From contig CP091279.1 of the NCBI GenBank assembly GCA_021650915.1, positions 2,130,001 to 2,162,000 of the forward strand: a DNA stretch of 32,000 nucleotides, read 5' to 3'. The DNA comes from Candidatus Brocadia sp. (lineage in GTDB: Bacteria > Planctomycetota > Brocadiia > Brocadiales > Brocadiaceae). The position numbers were made by a program, and so were the translations under genes. The notes beneath the pieces are model-generated. The model had not been told where the DNA came from. It saw nothing but the letters and a program-made list of their open reading frames with translations, and did not search any database. This document shows, piece by piece, positions 1 to 12,464 of this stretch (the first letter of the stretch is position 1; every line of letters starts with the position of its first letter).

Positions 1-275
1 AACAGACTTAAAAACGCTAACTTATTTTGTAATAATGAGTTCCATGATAAAAAACTGAAATTAAGATATTGGAGGTTCAGGATTATACTTTGCAATATTT
101 GATTATGGCAATTGCCTTTTGCGGTTTTTTACTGTCTGTAATCTAACAGTAAAATGGCTGATATGGTACACTTGTTGGTCTAAACTCTGCTTAAGCATTT
201 TATATTTATAAAAGTTCATGTCAATAAAAAATTTAAATATATTTATGAAAATCATGGCATTTTGAATCATTTTTC

Positions 276-303
276 TTGATCTTGTAAGTTTTACCAGTAT
301 AAT
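276..303 (+). promoter_or_regulatory. candidate sigma70-type promoter for fhs
   Basis: TTGATC (276-281), 16-bp spacer, perfect TATAAT (298-303), about 115 nt upstream of the fhs ATG in an ORF-free AT-rich leader. Motif match only; chance hits are likely in AT-rich DNA. Confidence 0.35.
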
Positions 304-417
304 TGCGAAATTCTACAATTGCGTTTTGATAAAATATATGCTTTTTAGCGTCTTGACAACCATAAATTTAGTGAAATTTGGTTTTTACTTAAAGGATATT
401 TTACGGAGGTAAAACGA

Positions 418-2181
418 ATGGCATTGGATCCCACCAAGCATGCAGATTGGGAAATAGCAGAAGATGCTGAAACGAAAATGAAGACGGTTCATCATCTGGC
501 TGAACAATTAGGACTCCAGAACGAAGAACTCCTCCCCCATGGACACTATGTGGCAAAGGTTGATTTCAATAGGGTTTTAAAAAGGGTAGAGAAGAAGCCG
601 GATGGAAAGTTTATTGATGTGACCGCGATAACTCCAACTCCCCTTGGTGAGGGAAAATCGACGACAACCATAGGATTGGTCCAGGGATTAGGGAAACGCG
701 GGAAAAAAGTTATCGGTACGATCCGACAGCCATCAGGCGGGCCAACGATGAACATTAAAGGGTCTGCGGCAGGCGGAGGGCTTTCCCAGTGTATCCCCTT
801 AACACCCTTTTCTCTTGGGCTAACAGGGGACATCAATGCCATTATGAATGCCCATAATCTGGCCATGGTTGCACTTACCTCCAGAATCCAGCATGAATTT
901 AATTATAATGACGAAGAGCTTGCAAAAAAGAATCTGAAACGGCTTGATATAGATATCGACCGGATAGAAATTAAGTGGATTATCGACTTTTGTGCCCAGG
1001 CCCTGAGAAAGATTGTTATCGGCATTGGTGGCAGGATGGATGGTTTTATGATGGAGTCCGGCTTTGCCATAGCCGTATCTTCCGAGATTATGGCAATTCT
1101 CTCCGTAGCGAAGGATTTAAAAGATATGAGGGAGCGGATTGGCAGGATGGTTGTTGCTTACGATAAGAAAGGCAAACCAGTGACAACGACCGACCTCGAA
1201 GTTGCCGGTGCGATGACCGCCTGGATGGTGGAAGCGCTGAATCCGAACCTGATGCAAACCATCGAAGGGCAGCCGGTATTCGTTCATGCGGGACCTTTTG
1301 CCAACATTGCCATTGGACAGTCATCAATTATTGCAGACAGAATTGCCTTAAAACTAGGTGATTATGTTGTTACTGAATCGGGATTCGGGGCAGATATCGG
1401 ATTTGAAAAGTTCTGGAACTTAAAGTGTCGTTACTCAGGACATCGCGCCAATGCAGCCGTAATTGTTGCCACGATCCGGGCGCTGAAGTGCCATGGCGGC
1501 GCTCCCATCCCGGTACCTGGGCGTCCCTTGGATCCATGCTATAAAGAAGAAAACGTCGGATGGGTGGAAAAGGGTGTGGAAAATCTTGTCCACCATATTA
1601 ACACGGTAAAGAAGGCCGGTATTAATCCGGTTGTTTGTATTAATCACTTCTATACGGATACCGATGCAGAGGTAAAGGCAGTCCGCAAGCTGGCTGAAAA
1701 AGCGGGCGCCCGCGTCGCCCTGTCTCAGCACTGGCTTAAAGGCGGCGATGGCGCCTTAGAATTGGCTGATGCGGTAGTTGATGCATGCAATCAACCCAAT
1801 AATTTCAAATTCCTCTATGAATTAAACGTTCCGTTGAGGACGCGTATTGAGATGATTGCAGAACAGGTTTATGGTGCGGACGGTGTAGATTTTACCCCCG
1901 AAGCATTGACAAAGGTTAAGGCATTGGAAAACGATCCGGACATTTCAAAGCTGGGAACGTGCATGGTAAAAACCCATCTTTCCATTACGGATAATCCGCA
2001 ATTAAAAGGTGCGCCCAAGGGTTGGAGATTACGTATCCGAGACATCCTGATTTTCAAAGGGGCCGGATTTGTTGTCCCCATGGCGGGAGATATTAAACTT
2101 ATGCCGGGAACAAGCTCTGATCCTGCATTCCGACGTGTGGACGTTGATGTAAATACCGGAAAGGTAAAAGGAGTTTTCTAA
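418..2181 (+). CDS. fhs: formate--tetrahydrofolate ligase (formyl-THF synthetase)
   Basis: 587-aa ORF with GGAGG (405-409) 8 nt before the ATG. Family motifs are recognisable along the full length ([16 protein letters not shown] nucleotide-binding loop, [19 protein letters not shown]). Followed by a strong terminator. Confidence 0.95.
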   Translation: MALDPTKHADWEIAEDAETKMKTVHHLAEQLGLQNEELLPHGHYVAKVDFNRVLKRVEKKPDGKFIDVTAITPTPLGEGKSTTTIGLVQGLGKRGKKVIGTIRQPSGGPTMNIKGSAAGGGLSQCIPLTPFSLGLTGDINAIMNAHNLAMVALTSRIQHEFNYNDEELAKKNLKRLDIDIDRIEIKWIIDFCAQALRKIVIGIGGRMDGFMMESGFAIAVSSEIMAILSVAKDLKDMRERIGRMVVAYDKKGKPVTTTDLEVAGAMTAWMVEALNPNLMQTIEGQPVFVHAGPFANIAIGQSSIIADRIALKLGDYVVTESGFGADIGFEKFWNLKCRYSGHRANAAVIVATIRALKCHGGAPIPVPGRPLDPCYKEENVGWVEKGVENLVHHINTVKKAGINPVVCINHFYTDTDAEVKAVRKLAEKAGARVALSQHWLKGGDGALELADAVVDACNQPNNFKFLYELNVPLRTRIEMIAEQVYGADGVDFTPEALTKVKALENDPDISKLGTCMVKTHLSITDNPQLKGAPKGWRLRIRDILIFKGAGFVVPMAGDIKLMPGTSSDPAFRRVDVDVNTGKVKGVF

Positions 2182-2231
2182 TCCCGGTTCGAAACGCAGG
2201 TAATCTGCACACAGAAAAACTGCTGGTCGTG

Positions 2232-2275
2232 GAAGGCTGTTGAACAAAAACGGTTCAACAGCCTTCTTTTTTCTT
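2232..2275 (+). terminator. rho-independent terminator after fhs
   Basis: Perfect 14-bp stem GAAGGCTGTTGAAC (2232-2245) / GTTCAACAGCCTTC (2253-2266), 7-nt loop, then TTTTTTCTT (2267-2275). Confidence 0.85.
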
Positions 2276-2294
2276 GCGATTCCCAAACATTACC

Positions 2295-2324
2295 TTGACA
2301 TAGCTGTTGATATTTGCTTAAAAT
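2295..2324 (+). promoter_or_regulatory. candidate sigma70-type promoter for secA
   Basis: TTGACA (2295-2300), 18-bp spacer, TAAAAT (2319-2324). It lies just downstream of the fhs terminator and about 145 nt upstream of the secA ATG. Same hexamer pair as the acpS promoter candidate. Confidence 0.4.
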
Positions 2325-2469
2325 ATCCGAATATTTTTGGTATTTTCGACAGCGAAATTCCTGAATCCTGACTATTGAAAAGGCCTGTGAATCACTTCAA
2401 TTCATTGCAAGGGGTAGAAAAGATACCCTTGGTTTTTCTCAGAATAACACACAAAAGGCATAATTACCT

Positions 2470-5088
2470 ATGAGCTTTCTAACAAAAATATTTGGAACGT
2501 CCAATGAGAGGATAATCAAAAAGATAATCCCTATCGTAGAGTATATCAGTTCTCTCGAACCTACAATGATGTCGTTAACGGACTCAGAACTCCGCCAGAT
2601 GACCGACAAATTTAAAGAGCGCTTGCGCGTTGGAGAGGAATTGGACAGTCTCTTGCCAGAGGCGTTCGCTACGGTGCGGGAGGCAAGCCGTCGGGTGCTG
2701 GTTGCCCCCAATCCTGATAGCCCCAATCGTACAATGCGGCACTTTGATGTTCAGCTCATTGGTGGTATTGTCTTGCACCAGGGAAAGATTGCTGAAATGG
2801 CAACCGGCGAGGGTAAGACCCTCGTAGCTACCTTGCCTGCTTATTTGAATGCACTTTCAGGCAAAGGCGTTCACGTGGTTACCGTTAATGATTATTTGGC
2901 AAAGCGCGACAGAGATTGGATGAGTCCCTTATATGAATTTTTGGGACTCAAAGCCGGAGCAATCCAATCAAACCAGGCATACGACGATAAGCAGACTGCG
3001 TATTCATGTGACATTACCTATGGGACAAATAATGAATTCGGTTTTGATTATCTCCGTGATAATATGCGGGTAAGGACAGAAGAGCAGGTACAGCTTAGCC
3101 GGGGCCTGAATTATGCCATTGTCGATGAAGTTGACAGTATCCTTATCGATGAGGCGCGCACCCCTTTAATTATCTCTGGTCCCGCAGAGGAATCTACGGA
3201 AAAATATTATTTAGCCGATAAGGCCGCCAGACGTCTAAAAGCCGGAAAACACTTTGAGATAAAAGAAAAGGAACGGATGGCGCATCTTACCGAAGAGGGC
3301 ATTGAAGAAGTCGAAAAATTGCTGAATGTGGACAGTATCTACACCGACAGAAACATGGAGTGGCCTCATCACATAGAACAGGCGCTGCGCGCCCACCACC
3401 TGTTTAAAAATGACCGGGATTACATTGTCAAGGGTGGCGAAGTAGTTATTGTTGATGAATTTACCGGGCGCCTGATGGAAGGCCGTGTCTGGAGTGATGG
3501 TCTGCATCAGGCCGTTCAGGCAAAGGAGCATCAGCGCATCAAGGAGGAAAACCAGACGCTTGCAACGATTACGCTCCAGAATTTCTTTCGGTTATACAAA
3601 AAACTTGCCGGAATGACGGGAACGGCGATGACGGAGGCAGCAGAGTTTGACAAAATCTATAAACTGGAAGTGGTGATGATCCCCACAAACAAGCCCATGA
3701 GCCGCACCAATTTCCCGGACCGGGTGTATCGGACGGAAAAGGAAAAGTTTGATGCCATTATTCAAGAGATTGTAGAAGTTCATAAAACCGGCAGGCCAAC
3801 ACTCGTTGGAACGGTTTCCATTGAAAAGTCGGAATTGCTGAGTGAAAAACTCATGAGAGAAGGGATTGAACATGAGGTATTGAATGCCAAGCAGCATGAA
3901 CGTGAGGCGCACATTGTCGCAAAAGCCGGGCAGCGCGGGAATGTTACCATTGCCACGAATATGGCCGGAAGAGGCACCGATATTGTGCTCGGTGAGGGCA
4001 TTGCCGCCCTCGGCGGCCTTCATATTATCGGTTCTGAGCGGCATGAGGCGCGGCGCATCGACAACCAGCTTCGTGGTCGTTCCGGTCGCCAGGGAGATCC
4101 GGGTTCATCCCGTTTCTATGTCTCGCTTCAGGACGATTTGATGCGCATTTTTGCCTCTGAACGAGTGAGTTCACTCTTGAAATCCTTCGGAATGGAAGAA
4201 GGGATGGCAATTGAACACTCGATGGTCACCCGATCGATCGAGAGGGCACAGAAAAAGGTTGAAGAACATAATTTCGAAATACGGAAACATCTGCTCGAAT
4301 ATGATGAAGTCATGGATCAGCAGAGAAAAACGATTTATTCGTTGAGGCAAGACGTACTGGAAGGCAGGAATATCCGCGATTACCTTTTCCGAATGATGGA
4401 GGATAGCGTTAAGGAGGTAACTGCTTTTGCTTACGATACGAAGAGCGGAAGGGGCGAGGAAGAACCCTTTGATCTTGCCGGTTGGTTTAAGCAAAAATTT
4501 GGCTTGTCTGTTGATTTAGACGAAGTTGAAGAAAAGACGCGTGAAAAGGTAGAAGATTTTTTCATAAAGAAGGCCGAAGAGGCATACAAAACGAAGGAAG
4601 ACACCCTTGGCAAAGAGGAGATGGAAAAGATTGCCCAGATCCTCCTGCTGGAAAAGATCGACACAAAGTGGAAAGATCATCTCTATGCTATGGATCATCT
4701 GCGGTCTGGCATTGGGCTTCGCGGATATGCCCAGATTGATCCGAGAATAGAATATAAAAGAGAGGCCTTGGCTATGTTTGAGGGAATGAATCTGTCAATC
4801 CGGGATGAAGTGACGGATCTTATCTTCAAATTGCAATTGGGCAAGGAAGCGGAACGGAAGGAGGTATGGCACCCCGATCAGTATGTCCATCAGGAAGTTT
4901 CCGGGCTGAAAACGATGCAAGAATCTCCAGTCCCTGCCGGTGTCCCGCAGAATACTGCGGCAGACGCAGAAGAACAGGCTGAGCGTAAGATAGAACCGCT
5001 CAAAGTCGGTATCAAGATAGGGAGGAATCAGCCTTGTCCATGTGGCAGTGGCAAAAAGTTTAAGCAGTGTTGTGGCAGGGTAAATTAG
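2470..5088 (+). CDS. secA: preprotein translocase ATPase SecA
   Basis: 872-aa ORF with Walker [21 protein letters not shown], the [19 protein letters not shown] motor motif and [11 protein letters not shown]-terminal zinc-binding SEC-C motif [14 protein letters not shown]. Confidence 0.97.
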   Translation: MSFLTKIFGTSNERIIKKIIPIVEYISSLEPTMMSLTDSELRQMTDKFKERLRVGEELDSLLPEAFATVREASRRVLVAPNPDSPNRTMRHFDVQLIGGIVLHQGKIAEMATGEGKTLVATLPAYLNALSGKGVHVVTVNDYLAKRDRDWMSPLYEFLGLKAGAIQSNQAYDDKQTAYSCDITYGTNNEFGFDYLRDNMRVRTEEQVQLSRGLNYAIVDEVDSILIDEARTPLIISGPAEESTEKYYLADKAARRLKAGKHFEIKEKERMAHLTEEGIEEVEKLLNVDSIYTDRNMEWPHHIEQALRAHHLFKNDRDYIVKGGEVVIVDEFTGRLMEGRVWSDGLHQAVQAKEHQRIKEENQTLATITLQNFFRLYKKLAGMTGTAMTEAAEFDKIYKLEVVMIPTNKPMSRTNFPDRVYRTEKEKFDAIIQEIVEVHKTGRPTLVGTVSIEKSELLSEKLMREGIEHEVLNAKQHEREAHIVAKAGQRGNVTIATNMAGRGTDIVLGEGIAALGGLHIIGSERHEARRIDNQLRGRSGRQGDPGSSRFYVSLQDDLMRIFASERVSSLLKSFGMEEGMAIEHSMVTRSIERAQKKVEEHNFEIRKHLLEYDEVMDQQRKTIYSLRQDVLEGRNIRDYLFRMMEDSVKEVTAFAYDTKSGRGEEEPFDLAGWFKQKFGLSVDLDEVEEKTREKVEDFFIKKAEEAYKTKEDTLGKEEMEKIAQILLLEKIDTKWKDHLYAMDHLRSGIGLRGYAQIDPRIEYKREALAMFEGMNLSIRDEVTDLIFKLQLGKEAERKEVWHPDQYVHQEVSGLKTMQESPVPAGVPQNTAADAEEQAERKIEPLKVGIKIGRNQPCPCGSGKKFKQCCGRVN

Positions 5089-5158
5089 TTTTTATCGTGT
5101 AACGCACGGAATCCAGTTAACGCAAACAGATAGCAACCTGAAAGTCCATTCTCTCCGC

Positions 5159-6475
5159 ATGTCGATACTTTTTGATGCTACATATGTGGCTGCGCTTACC
5201 GTGGGATCGCCCTATTTTTTGTTGAAATTCGCAGGGAGCAAACGTTATCGGTCCGGTCTTACGCAACGTTTGGGTTGGATTGACAAAAGGAAGGGAGAAA
5301 AGTCCTGTATCTGGATTCATTGCGCCTCTGTTGGGGAGGTTTTGATGGTAAAAACCCTTGTAAAAGCCCTTGAAAAAGAGTTTAATGATCTGGATATTGT
5401 CGTTTCCACCAACACCAACACGGGACTATCAGTCGCGAAAAGATGTTTTGATGACAGGAAGGTCTTTTATTTCCCGCTCGATTTGAGCTGGGTGGTCAAT
5501 AAGGCGCTGAATGCCATACAACCTTGTTGTGTGATCCTGGTGGAACTCGAGATATGGCCTAATTTCCTGATAAGCGCGGCAAAGAGGAGTATTCCGGTCG
5601 TGTTACTGAATGCCAGAATATCTGAAAGGTCGCTCAAATGGTATCGTGTCCTCAGAAAGATTTCGAAAGAGTTTTTTGCGAGTTTGACAAAAAAGGAGAA
5701 CTTTTTTTGTGCAAGGACTGAGGCTGACGCATCCCGTCTTATGAATTTGGGCATTCCGGAGGCACAGATAGGTATTACCGGGAACATGAAATTCGATAAT
5801 GTTGTGACGGATATTCCCAAAGATACCAGAAAATCGTTGTCATCCCTCTTTGAAATTGACAAGGAGGAGAAGGTGATTGTTTGTGGCAGCACTCACGAGG
5901 GTGAAGAAATAGTTCTCCTGAACGTTTTTCAACGTCTGAGGGAAAAGGGTAAGAATGTTAGACTTATCGTCGCGCCCCGTCATATTGAAAGAGTAAATGA
6001 GATCGTGAAACTCATTGAGTCTTTCCAATTCCGGTGTATCAGAAAAACTTCCCTTGATAACGGGGAAAAAGTAGATAGACCAAAAGGCGAAACGGTTATC
6101 CTTGTCGATACCGTTGGGGATTTACAAGCTACCTATAGCATTGCTGATTGTGTTTTTGTTGGAAAGAGCCTTGTTCCGCATGGCGGGCAGAATATGATGG
6201 AACCGGCAGGGCTGGCTAAACCAGTCATTGTTGGGCCACATACGTTTAATTTTTGCGAGGAGGTTCAGTTATTAAAAAAAGCCAATGCCATAGAGGTTGT
6301 CCGGGATGAATCGGAGCTCTTACAGAAAATGATGTATTTCTTGGAGCATCCCGATGTTGCCCATGCAATAGGAGAGAGGGCACAATCGGTTGCAATGAAA
6401 CAAAAGGGTGCTACCGATCGTAATGTACAGATGCTAAGAAAAATTTTATCGAAGGAGAGGACAGTATCAGTATGA
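5159..6475 (+). CDS. waaA: 3-deoxy-D-manno-octulosonic acid (Kdo) transferase
   Basis: 438-aa ORF collinear by eye with E. coli WaaA/KdtA: [61 protein letters not shown]. Confidence 0.85.
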   Translation: MSILFDATYVAALTVGSPYFLLKFAGSKRYRSGLTQRLGWIDKRKGEKSCIWIHCASVGEVLMVKTLVKALEKEFNDLDIVVSTNTNTGLSVAKRCFDDRKVFYFPLDLSWVVNKALNAIQPCCVILVELEIWPNFLISAAKRSIPVVLLNARISERSLKWYRVLRKISKEFFASLTKKENFFCARTEADASRLMNLGIPEAQIGITGNMKFDNVVTDIPKDTRKSLSSLFEIDKEEKVIVCGSTHEGEEIVLLNVFQRLREKGKNVRLIVAPRHIERVNEIVKLIESFQFRCIRKTSLDNGEKVDRPKGETVILVDTVGDLQATYSIADCVFVGKSLVPHGGQNMMEPAGLAKPVIVGPHTFNFCEEVQLLKKANAIEVVRDESELLQKMMYFLEHPDVAHAIGERAQSVAMKQKGATDRNVQMLRKILSKERTVSV

Positions 6476-7641
6476 AGAAAGGAAGGCATTTATTTACCTC
6501 AGAATCAGTATCCATGGGGCACCCGGATAAGGTTGCCGACCAGATATCTGATGCCGTGTTAGATGCAATGCTTGAACAAGACCCAATGAGCCGGGTGGCA
6601 TGCGAAACACTGGTAACAACCGGGGTTGCCTTTGTTGCTGGGGAATTTACGACAAAGGCCAATGTGAATATTCCCGATATCGTAAGACACACCATAAAAG
6701 AAATTGGTTATGGTGATGCATCGATAGGATTCGATTATAACACGTGCGCTGTTATCACCAGTATTGGTAAGCAGTCCCCGGATATCTCGCAGGGCGTGTC
6801 TGAAGGTGAGGGACTTCATAAGGACCAGGGCGCCGGTGATCAGGGCATGATGTTTGGTTATGCCTGCAATGATACGCCAGAACTGATGCCGCTTCCTATT
6901 ATGCTGGCTCACAGGATTATCATAAAACACGCCGAGCTGAGACAGAGCGGGGAATTGAAGTATCTCCGTCCCGATGCGAAATCCCAGGTAACGGTAGAAT
7001 ATGAAGACCATAAACCCATCCGGGTACACACGGTGGTTGTTTCAACCCAGCATGCGCCGGATGTAAAATATGAAACAATTAAAGAGGATATGATTGAAAA
7101 AGTGGTGAAGCAGGTGATCCCGGCAAATCTTCTGGACAATAAAACCATTTATCATATAAACCCAACGGGACGTTTTGTCGTGGGTGGTCCTCAGGGGGAT
7201 TGTGGCCTGACCGGGCGGAAAATTATCGTGGACACATACGGTGGCTGGGGGCGTCACGGTGGTGGCGCTTTTTCGGGAAAAGATCCGACGAAGGTTGATC
7301 GAAGCGCCTGCTATGCTGCCCGACATATCGCGAAAAACGTCGTGGCTTCCGGTCTTGCTGACCGATGCGAAGCGCAGGTAGCTTACGCGATTGGTGTGGC
7401 AAAACCGCTTGCCGTCCATATCACTACGGAAGGTACCGGCAAGGTTCCCGATGAAAAACTTACGCAAATCTGTGAAAAGGTTTTTGATATGACACCTAAG
7501 GGTATTATTGACCGGCTAAAACTGAGAAGGCCGATATACAAGATTACCGCCAGGCACGGCCATTTCGGACGTTCGGAAGATTCCTTTACATGGGAAAAGA
7601 CCGACATGGTGGATGCCCTGCGAAAGGCTGCGGGTGTTTAA
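6472..7641 (+). CDS. metK: S-adenosylmethionine synthetase
   Basis: 389-aa ORF with [29 protein letters not shown] and [16 protein letters not shown]. The ATG overlaps the waaA stop (ATGA at 6472-6475). Confidence 0.97.
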   Translation: MKKGRHLFTSESVSMGHPDKVADQISDAVLDAMLEQDPMSRVACETLVTTGVAFVAGEFTTKANVNIPDIVRHTIKEIGYGDASIGFDYNTCAVITSIGKQSPDISQGVSEGEGLHKDQGAGDQGMMFGYACNDTPELMPLPIMLAHRIIIKHAELRQSGELKYLRPDAKSQVTVEYEDHKPIRVHTVVVSTQHAPDVKYETIKEDMIEKVVKQVIPANLLDNKTIYHINPTGRFVVGGPQGDCGLTGRKIIVDTYGGWGRHGGGAFSGKDPTKVDRSACYAARHIAKNVVASGLADRCEAQVAYAIGVAKPLAVHITTEGTGKVPDEKLTQICEKVFDMTPKGIIDRLKLRRPIYKITARHGHFGRSEDSFTWEKTDMVDALRKAAGV

Positions 7642-7655
7642 ATCGGCTTAATACA

Positions 7656-7679
7656 GGGGGCGCATTCCAATGCGCCCCC
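7656..7679 (+). terminator. GC-rich stem-loop after metK (probable terminator)
   Basis: GGGGGCGCA (7656-7664) / TGCGCCCCC (7671-7679) with a 6-nt loop, 15 nt after the metK stop. The downstream T-tract is weak (GCTATTTG). Confidence 0.55.
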
Positions 7680-7753
7680 GCTATTTGATATGCCCTTACG
7701 AATTCAGAGTTGTAAGGTGGACCATTAGAGGATGTATCGATAAATTCAACTAG

Positions 7754-9043
<1,290 letters not shown>

Positions 9044-9134
9044 GGTAAATTAGGGCAAAATGAAATTACTGCAGCGGTACGCTTTGGGATTTAGAATCTA
9101 ATCGCACATCGTAAATCATAAATCATAATTTCCT

Positions 9135-10445
9135 ATGGCTATTATAAAACCGTTTCGTGGATTACGTTACAATCAAGACGTCATTACCGACCTGTCATCC
9201 GTTATGACGCCGCCGTATGATGTTATTTCTCCGCAGGAGCAGGAGAGGTATTATCAAACTCATCCGAATAACATCATTCGTTTGGATTTCGGAAAGGACT
9301 TTCCCAATGATACGGAAAAGGCCAATAAATATACTCGTGCCGCTGAATTTCTCGGTGCGTGGAGGAAAAATGGCATCATCAAACGAGAGGATACCCCTGC
9401 GATTTATATTTACGATCAGGAATTTTTGTCGGGTACGGAATGGCTTGTCCGGCGTGGTTTTATTGCCTTAGTAAAACTGGAACCCTTCGATAAAGGGTCT
9501 ATCTACCCGCATGAACAAACACTCCCCGGCCCAAAGGTGGATCGATTAAAACTCACCCAGGCGTGCCAGGCTAATCTCAGCTCTATATTTGCCCTGTTCC
9601 CTGATGAGCATAATGCGATTGATGCTGATTTGTTAACCATGACAGACACACGGCCCGCGATAGATTTTGTAGACGATACCAGGGTCAAGAATAGGCTTTG
9701 GGTAATCAAGGATGAACAGAAGATCAATAGTCTGGTTGCAAGGATGAAGGAAAAACCCCTTTTTATCGCAGATGGGCATCATCGGTATGAAACTGCCCTG
9801 GTTTATAAGGAGCAGATGCAGAAGGAAAACGGCAATCCTCGGAATGATTTACCTTCCGATTATGTAATGATGGTATGTGTATCGATGAACAATAACGGTT
9901 TAAAGATACTACCAGCCCATCGGCTGGTGCGCAATATAAAAAATTATCGGTTCGATCAGATTCTCCCATTGTTGCAAGAGTCTTTTAAGGTTGAACTGCT
10001 CGGTAAGGGATGCACGGTAAAAGATTTTATGTCACACCTTAATAATGGGTCTGAAGCACATGCCTTTATTATGTATGAGGGACAGGAAGATGCCTATTAC
10101 AAACTGCAGCTCAGCAATGAAAAGGTACTCGATGTGGTTTTTGCTGCCGATCATCCTGAATGGAGGCGTCTGGATGCAGGTATCCTCCATGGCGTGATTA
10201 TAGACAAAATATTAGGTATTGCGGCTAGTGACGTAACGGCGAAAGACTATGTGAAATATGTAAAAGATGAAGCAGATGCCATCTCTTTCGTGCAATCAGG
10301 ACAATATCAGTTGGCATTCTTTCTTAAGCCTACGCGTATTGAGCAGGTAAGGGAAATTGCCTCGGCGCGCAAGGTCATGCCGCCAAAATCGACGTACTTT
10401 TATCCGAAGTTGGTTACGGGCATTGTCATCAACAGCCTTACGTGA
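9135..10445 (+). CDS. DUF1015 family protein (function unknown)
   Basis: 436-aa ORF. The N-terminus IKPFRGLRYN...VMTPPYDVIS, the internal FIADGHHRYETAL and the C-terminal MPPKSTYFYPKL fit the DUF1015 pattern as I remember it. Confidence 0.8.
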   Translation: MAIIKPFRGLRYNQDVITDLSSVMTPPYDVISPQEQERYYQTHPNNIIRLDFGKDFPNDTEKANKYTRAAEFLGAWRKNGIIKREDTPAIYIYDQEFLSGTEWLVRRGFIALVKLEPFDKGSIYPHEQTLPGPKVDRLKLTQACQANLSSIFALFPDEHNAIDADLLTMTDTRPAIDFVDDTRVKNRLWVIKDEQKINSLVARMKEKPLFIADGHHRYETALVYKEQMQKENGNPRNDLPSDYVMMVCVSMNNNGLKILPAHRLVRNIKNYRFDQILPLLQESFKVELLGKGCTVKDFMSHLNNGSEAHAFIMYEGQEDAYYKLQLSNEKVLDVVFAADHPEWRRLDAGILHGVIIDKILGIAASDVTAKDYVKYVKDEADAISFVQSGQYQLAFFLKPTRIEQVREIASARKVMPPKSTYFYPKLVTGIVINSLT

Positions 10446-10533
10446 TTATCGGGGTTGAGTGCTCTCTTTGATGAATTTGTAAAGAATATGGCATTGAGGC
10501 TATGTGCCCTGGAAAGCGCCTGAAATTCTTCCT

Positions 10534-12318
10534 TTAAGCTACTTTTACCTCAGCACACTTCTTTATCGCATTATTCAATTCTTTCAGCAGGTCTTCAAGG
10601 TTAACGGGATTGATCTGCACCGCTTGTCCCAGACTAATCGTCCGGGCAAGGGTATTTCTCAGAATGGGATTTTTCAGTTGTTTGAATCCGAATCCTATCA
10701 GGATATCCAGGGTTTGCGGATACTGCTTGATGAGTTGATAAACATTGGTATTGGCAGTTGCAATTTTGATTTGTTCCGTGGGTTCTTCTTCCACATGGAG
10801 TTGCATAGTCTTCCAGGTGTTTATGCCAAAGAAAAACATAGCTGCGTATTCGAGAAAACCGCTGATTCCCATCACTGAATACAAATGAGGATAAAAGTGT
10901 GCAGAAAGGGGCTGTGCTACAACCCTGAACATGCACCCGATGTTGATAAATACGAAGGTCAAGTTGAGAAGTCTTGTGCTGCATAATTTTACCCCTTTGC
11001 TTAAAGGGATCATCTTAGATGCACATCCAAGAATCATCATACTAATAAACCCGACAAAAATAGCGTGCCGGTATGCGCCAAACAAGGCGTGAGAAACCCG
11101 GTGGCCGGAGAGGGTTTCATAAATCGTAAAGGTTAAGAGCGCACTTTCTGAAACAAACAGCCAGACAATGGCCGCCCTGATATATTTTCTAAACCCGGTA
11201 GGTAAGTTGGTGGGGTTTTTGACCGTTTTTTTTCTGTTAAATAAATTCAGGTTGTAAATAAATAAAAACACCCCAAACGTCTCAAGGATGCCTGCAATGC
11301 AAAATATCGTGGCGAAAAGACCAGATAAGTTGTTAGTGTATTCTTTATAAAACTCAGAGACGGTTCGCAATGCAATTGAGATATTTAAAATATACAGGAC
11401 GTAACGGCTGACTTTTTGATTGGGCTCCTGAATTCCCAGGAAAATTGGCAGGGTTTTGGTGAATATTCCAATGATAACCATACAGGCAAATCCCATAATC
11501 TGGATATGCCGGATGGGGCTTTTGAAAACGTCAGGGATATCGCTATTAAATACAATATTAAAATGAAAGTATAAAGCAATAAAGGCAATAGCCTGGAAGA
11601 TAAACCAGAGATAGCTGGACAGAAAAAACCATTCATAGGGATCGTATTTCTGTTTTTCTGATGAGAAAAACGTCCGGCACATGACATAGATAAAAATTGC
11701 TATTGATGCAGCCTGGAGGATGCATCCGAACAAGACGGGTATCTTGAAGAAGAAAAACCCGGAATAGTAAGAAAGCGTTTTAAAAACAAAGGAGAGAAAT
11801 ATTCCGACGATCATCAGAAAAAAAGATTTGTAAGCCAATGGTGTGCTATATAAAATGGAGTTCCAGAATTTCGGTAAGGCAAAATACGAAATCCCCATGA
11901 TGAACAGGCCAACCCATCCGTAGACCTGGGTATCGCCATGGGTTTCAAGCAGTATCCACGAGACAGAAGTCATTGAGTTCCGGAATGCCATATAGGCTAA
12001 TAATGATGCCCCGTACAGACATCCTGTGGAAAGCACAATAAGGATTGCGGTCTTTACAAAAATTTCATAAACATGCTCGGTTTGCGGTTTTGTAATTGCC
12101 ATGTCGACATTTGAATCGACGGCTCCATCGATAAGTTTTTGAAGGTCATCAATCAATTTGACGGGACTAATATTGTGCATCTTGGCGAAGAATGACAGGG
12201 GCTTATCGGGGAGGATGTTGCCACCGCACATAATCCCATAGGTCTCAAAGACGCGGCGGGTTACCGGAAAGGCCTCGATAATTTCCTTGACCGTATTTTC
12301 TTGTCGTATCCTTTCCAT
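10534..12318 (-). CDS. 12-TM membrane protein with DUF1858-like domains at both termini (NnrS-like core suspected)
   Basis: 594-aa ORF. Residues ~8-65 (TVKEIIEAFPVTRRVFETYGIMCGG...LIDDLQKL) and ~525-590 (VYQLIKQYPQTLDILIGFGFKQLKNPILRNTLARTISLGQA...LLKELN) fit the DUF1858 pattern. About 12 hydrophobic helices lie between them. Three helices carry a repeated His motif: ETHGDTQVYGWVGLFIMG, RHIQIMGFACMVIIG and YRHAIFVGFISMMILG. Confidence 0.8.
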   Translation of the reverse strand: MERIRQENTVKEIIEAFPVTRRVFETYGIMCGGNILPDKPLSFFAKMHNISPVKLIDDLQKLIDGAVDSNVDMAITKPQTEHVYEIFVKTAILIVLSTGCLYGASLLAYMAFRNSMTSVSWILLETHGDTQVYGWVGLFIMGISYFALPKFWNSILYSTPLAYKSFFLMIVGIFLSFVFKTLSYYSGFFFFKIPVLFGCILQAASIAIFIYVMCRTFFSSEKQKYDPYEWFFLSSYLWFIFQAIAFIALYFHFNIVFNSDIPDVFKSPIRHIQIMGFACMVIIGIFTKTLPIFLGIQEPNQKVSRYVLYILNISIALRTVSEFYKEYTNNLSGLFATIFCIAGILETFGVFLFIYNLNLFNRKKTVKNPTNLPTGFRKYIRAAIVWLFVSESALLTFTIYETLSGHRVSHALFGAYRHAIFVGFISMMILGCASKMIPLSKGVKLCSTRLLNLTFVFINIGCMFRVVAQPLSAHFYPHLYSVMGISGFLEYAAMFFFGINTWKTMQLHVEEEPTEQIKIATANTNVYQLIKQYPQTLDILIGFGFKQLKNPILRNTLARTISLGQAVQINPVNLEDLLKELNNAIKKCAEVKVA

Positions 12319-12464
12319 AGCCGTGGTTCCTTACGTTTCTTGCAAAACCTTCTTGCGCTGTGTAAAACAGGAGCACAGGAAATAGCTTGTAATTTATTCA
12401 GCACCGTATGATAATAAGAAGCAATTTTAACAAGTAACATGTAATATATCAGACAGGGAAATGG

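Noticed and set aside
3592-4044. Antisense ORFs of 60-190 aa inside large genes. Examples are 3592-4044 (-) in secA, 6559-7029 (-) in metK, 14371-14919 (-) across ktrA/parA, 20394-20888 (-) in the kinase, and 25763-26341 (-) in the radical SAM gene.
   Set aside because: Each lies entirely opposite a well-supported, motif-rich gene and has low-complexity or unrecognisable sequence. These are typical shadow ORFs.
12340-12368. TTGCAA-17-TAAAAC promoter-like hexamers in the divergent region before ktrB.
   Set aside because: The motif is plausible, but both hexamers are imperfect and the region is AT-rich. It was not strong enough to list as a feature.
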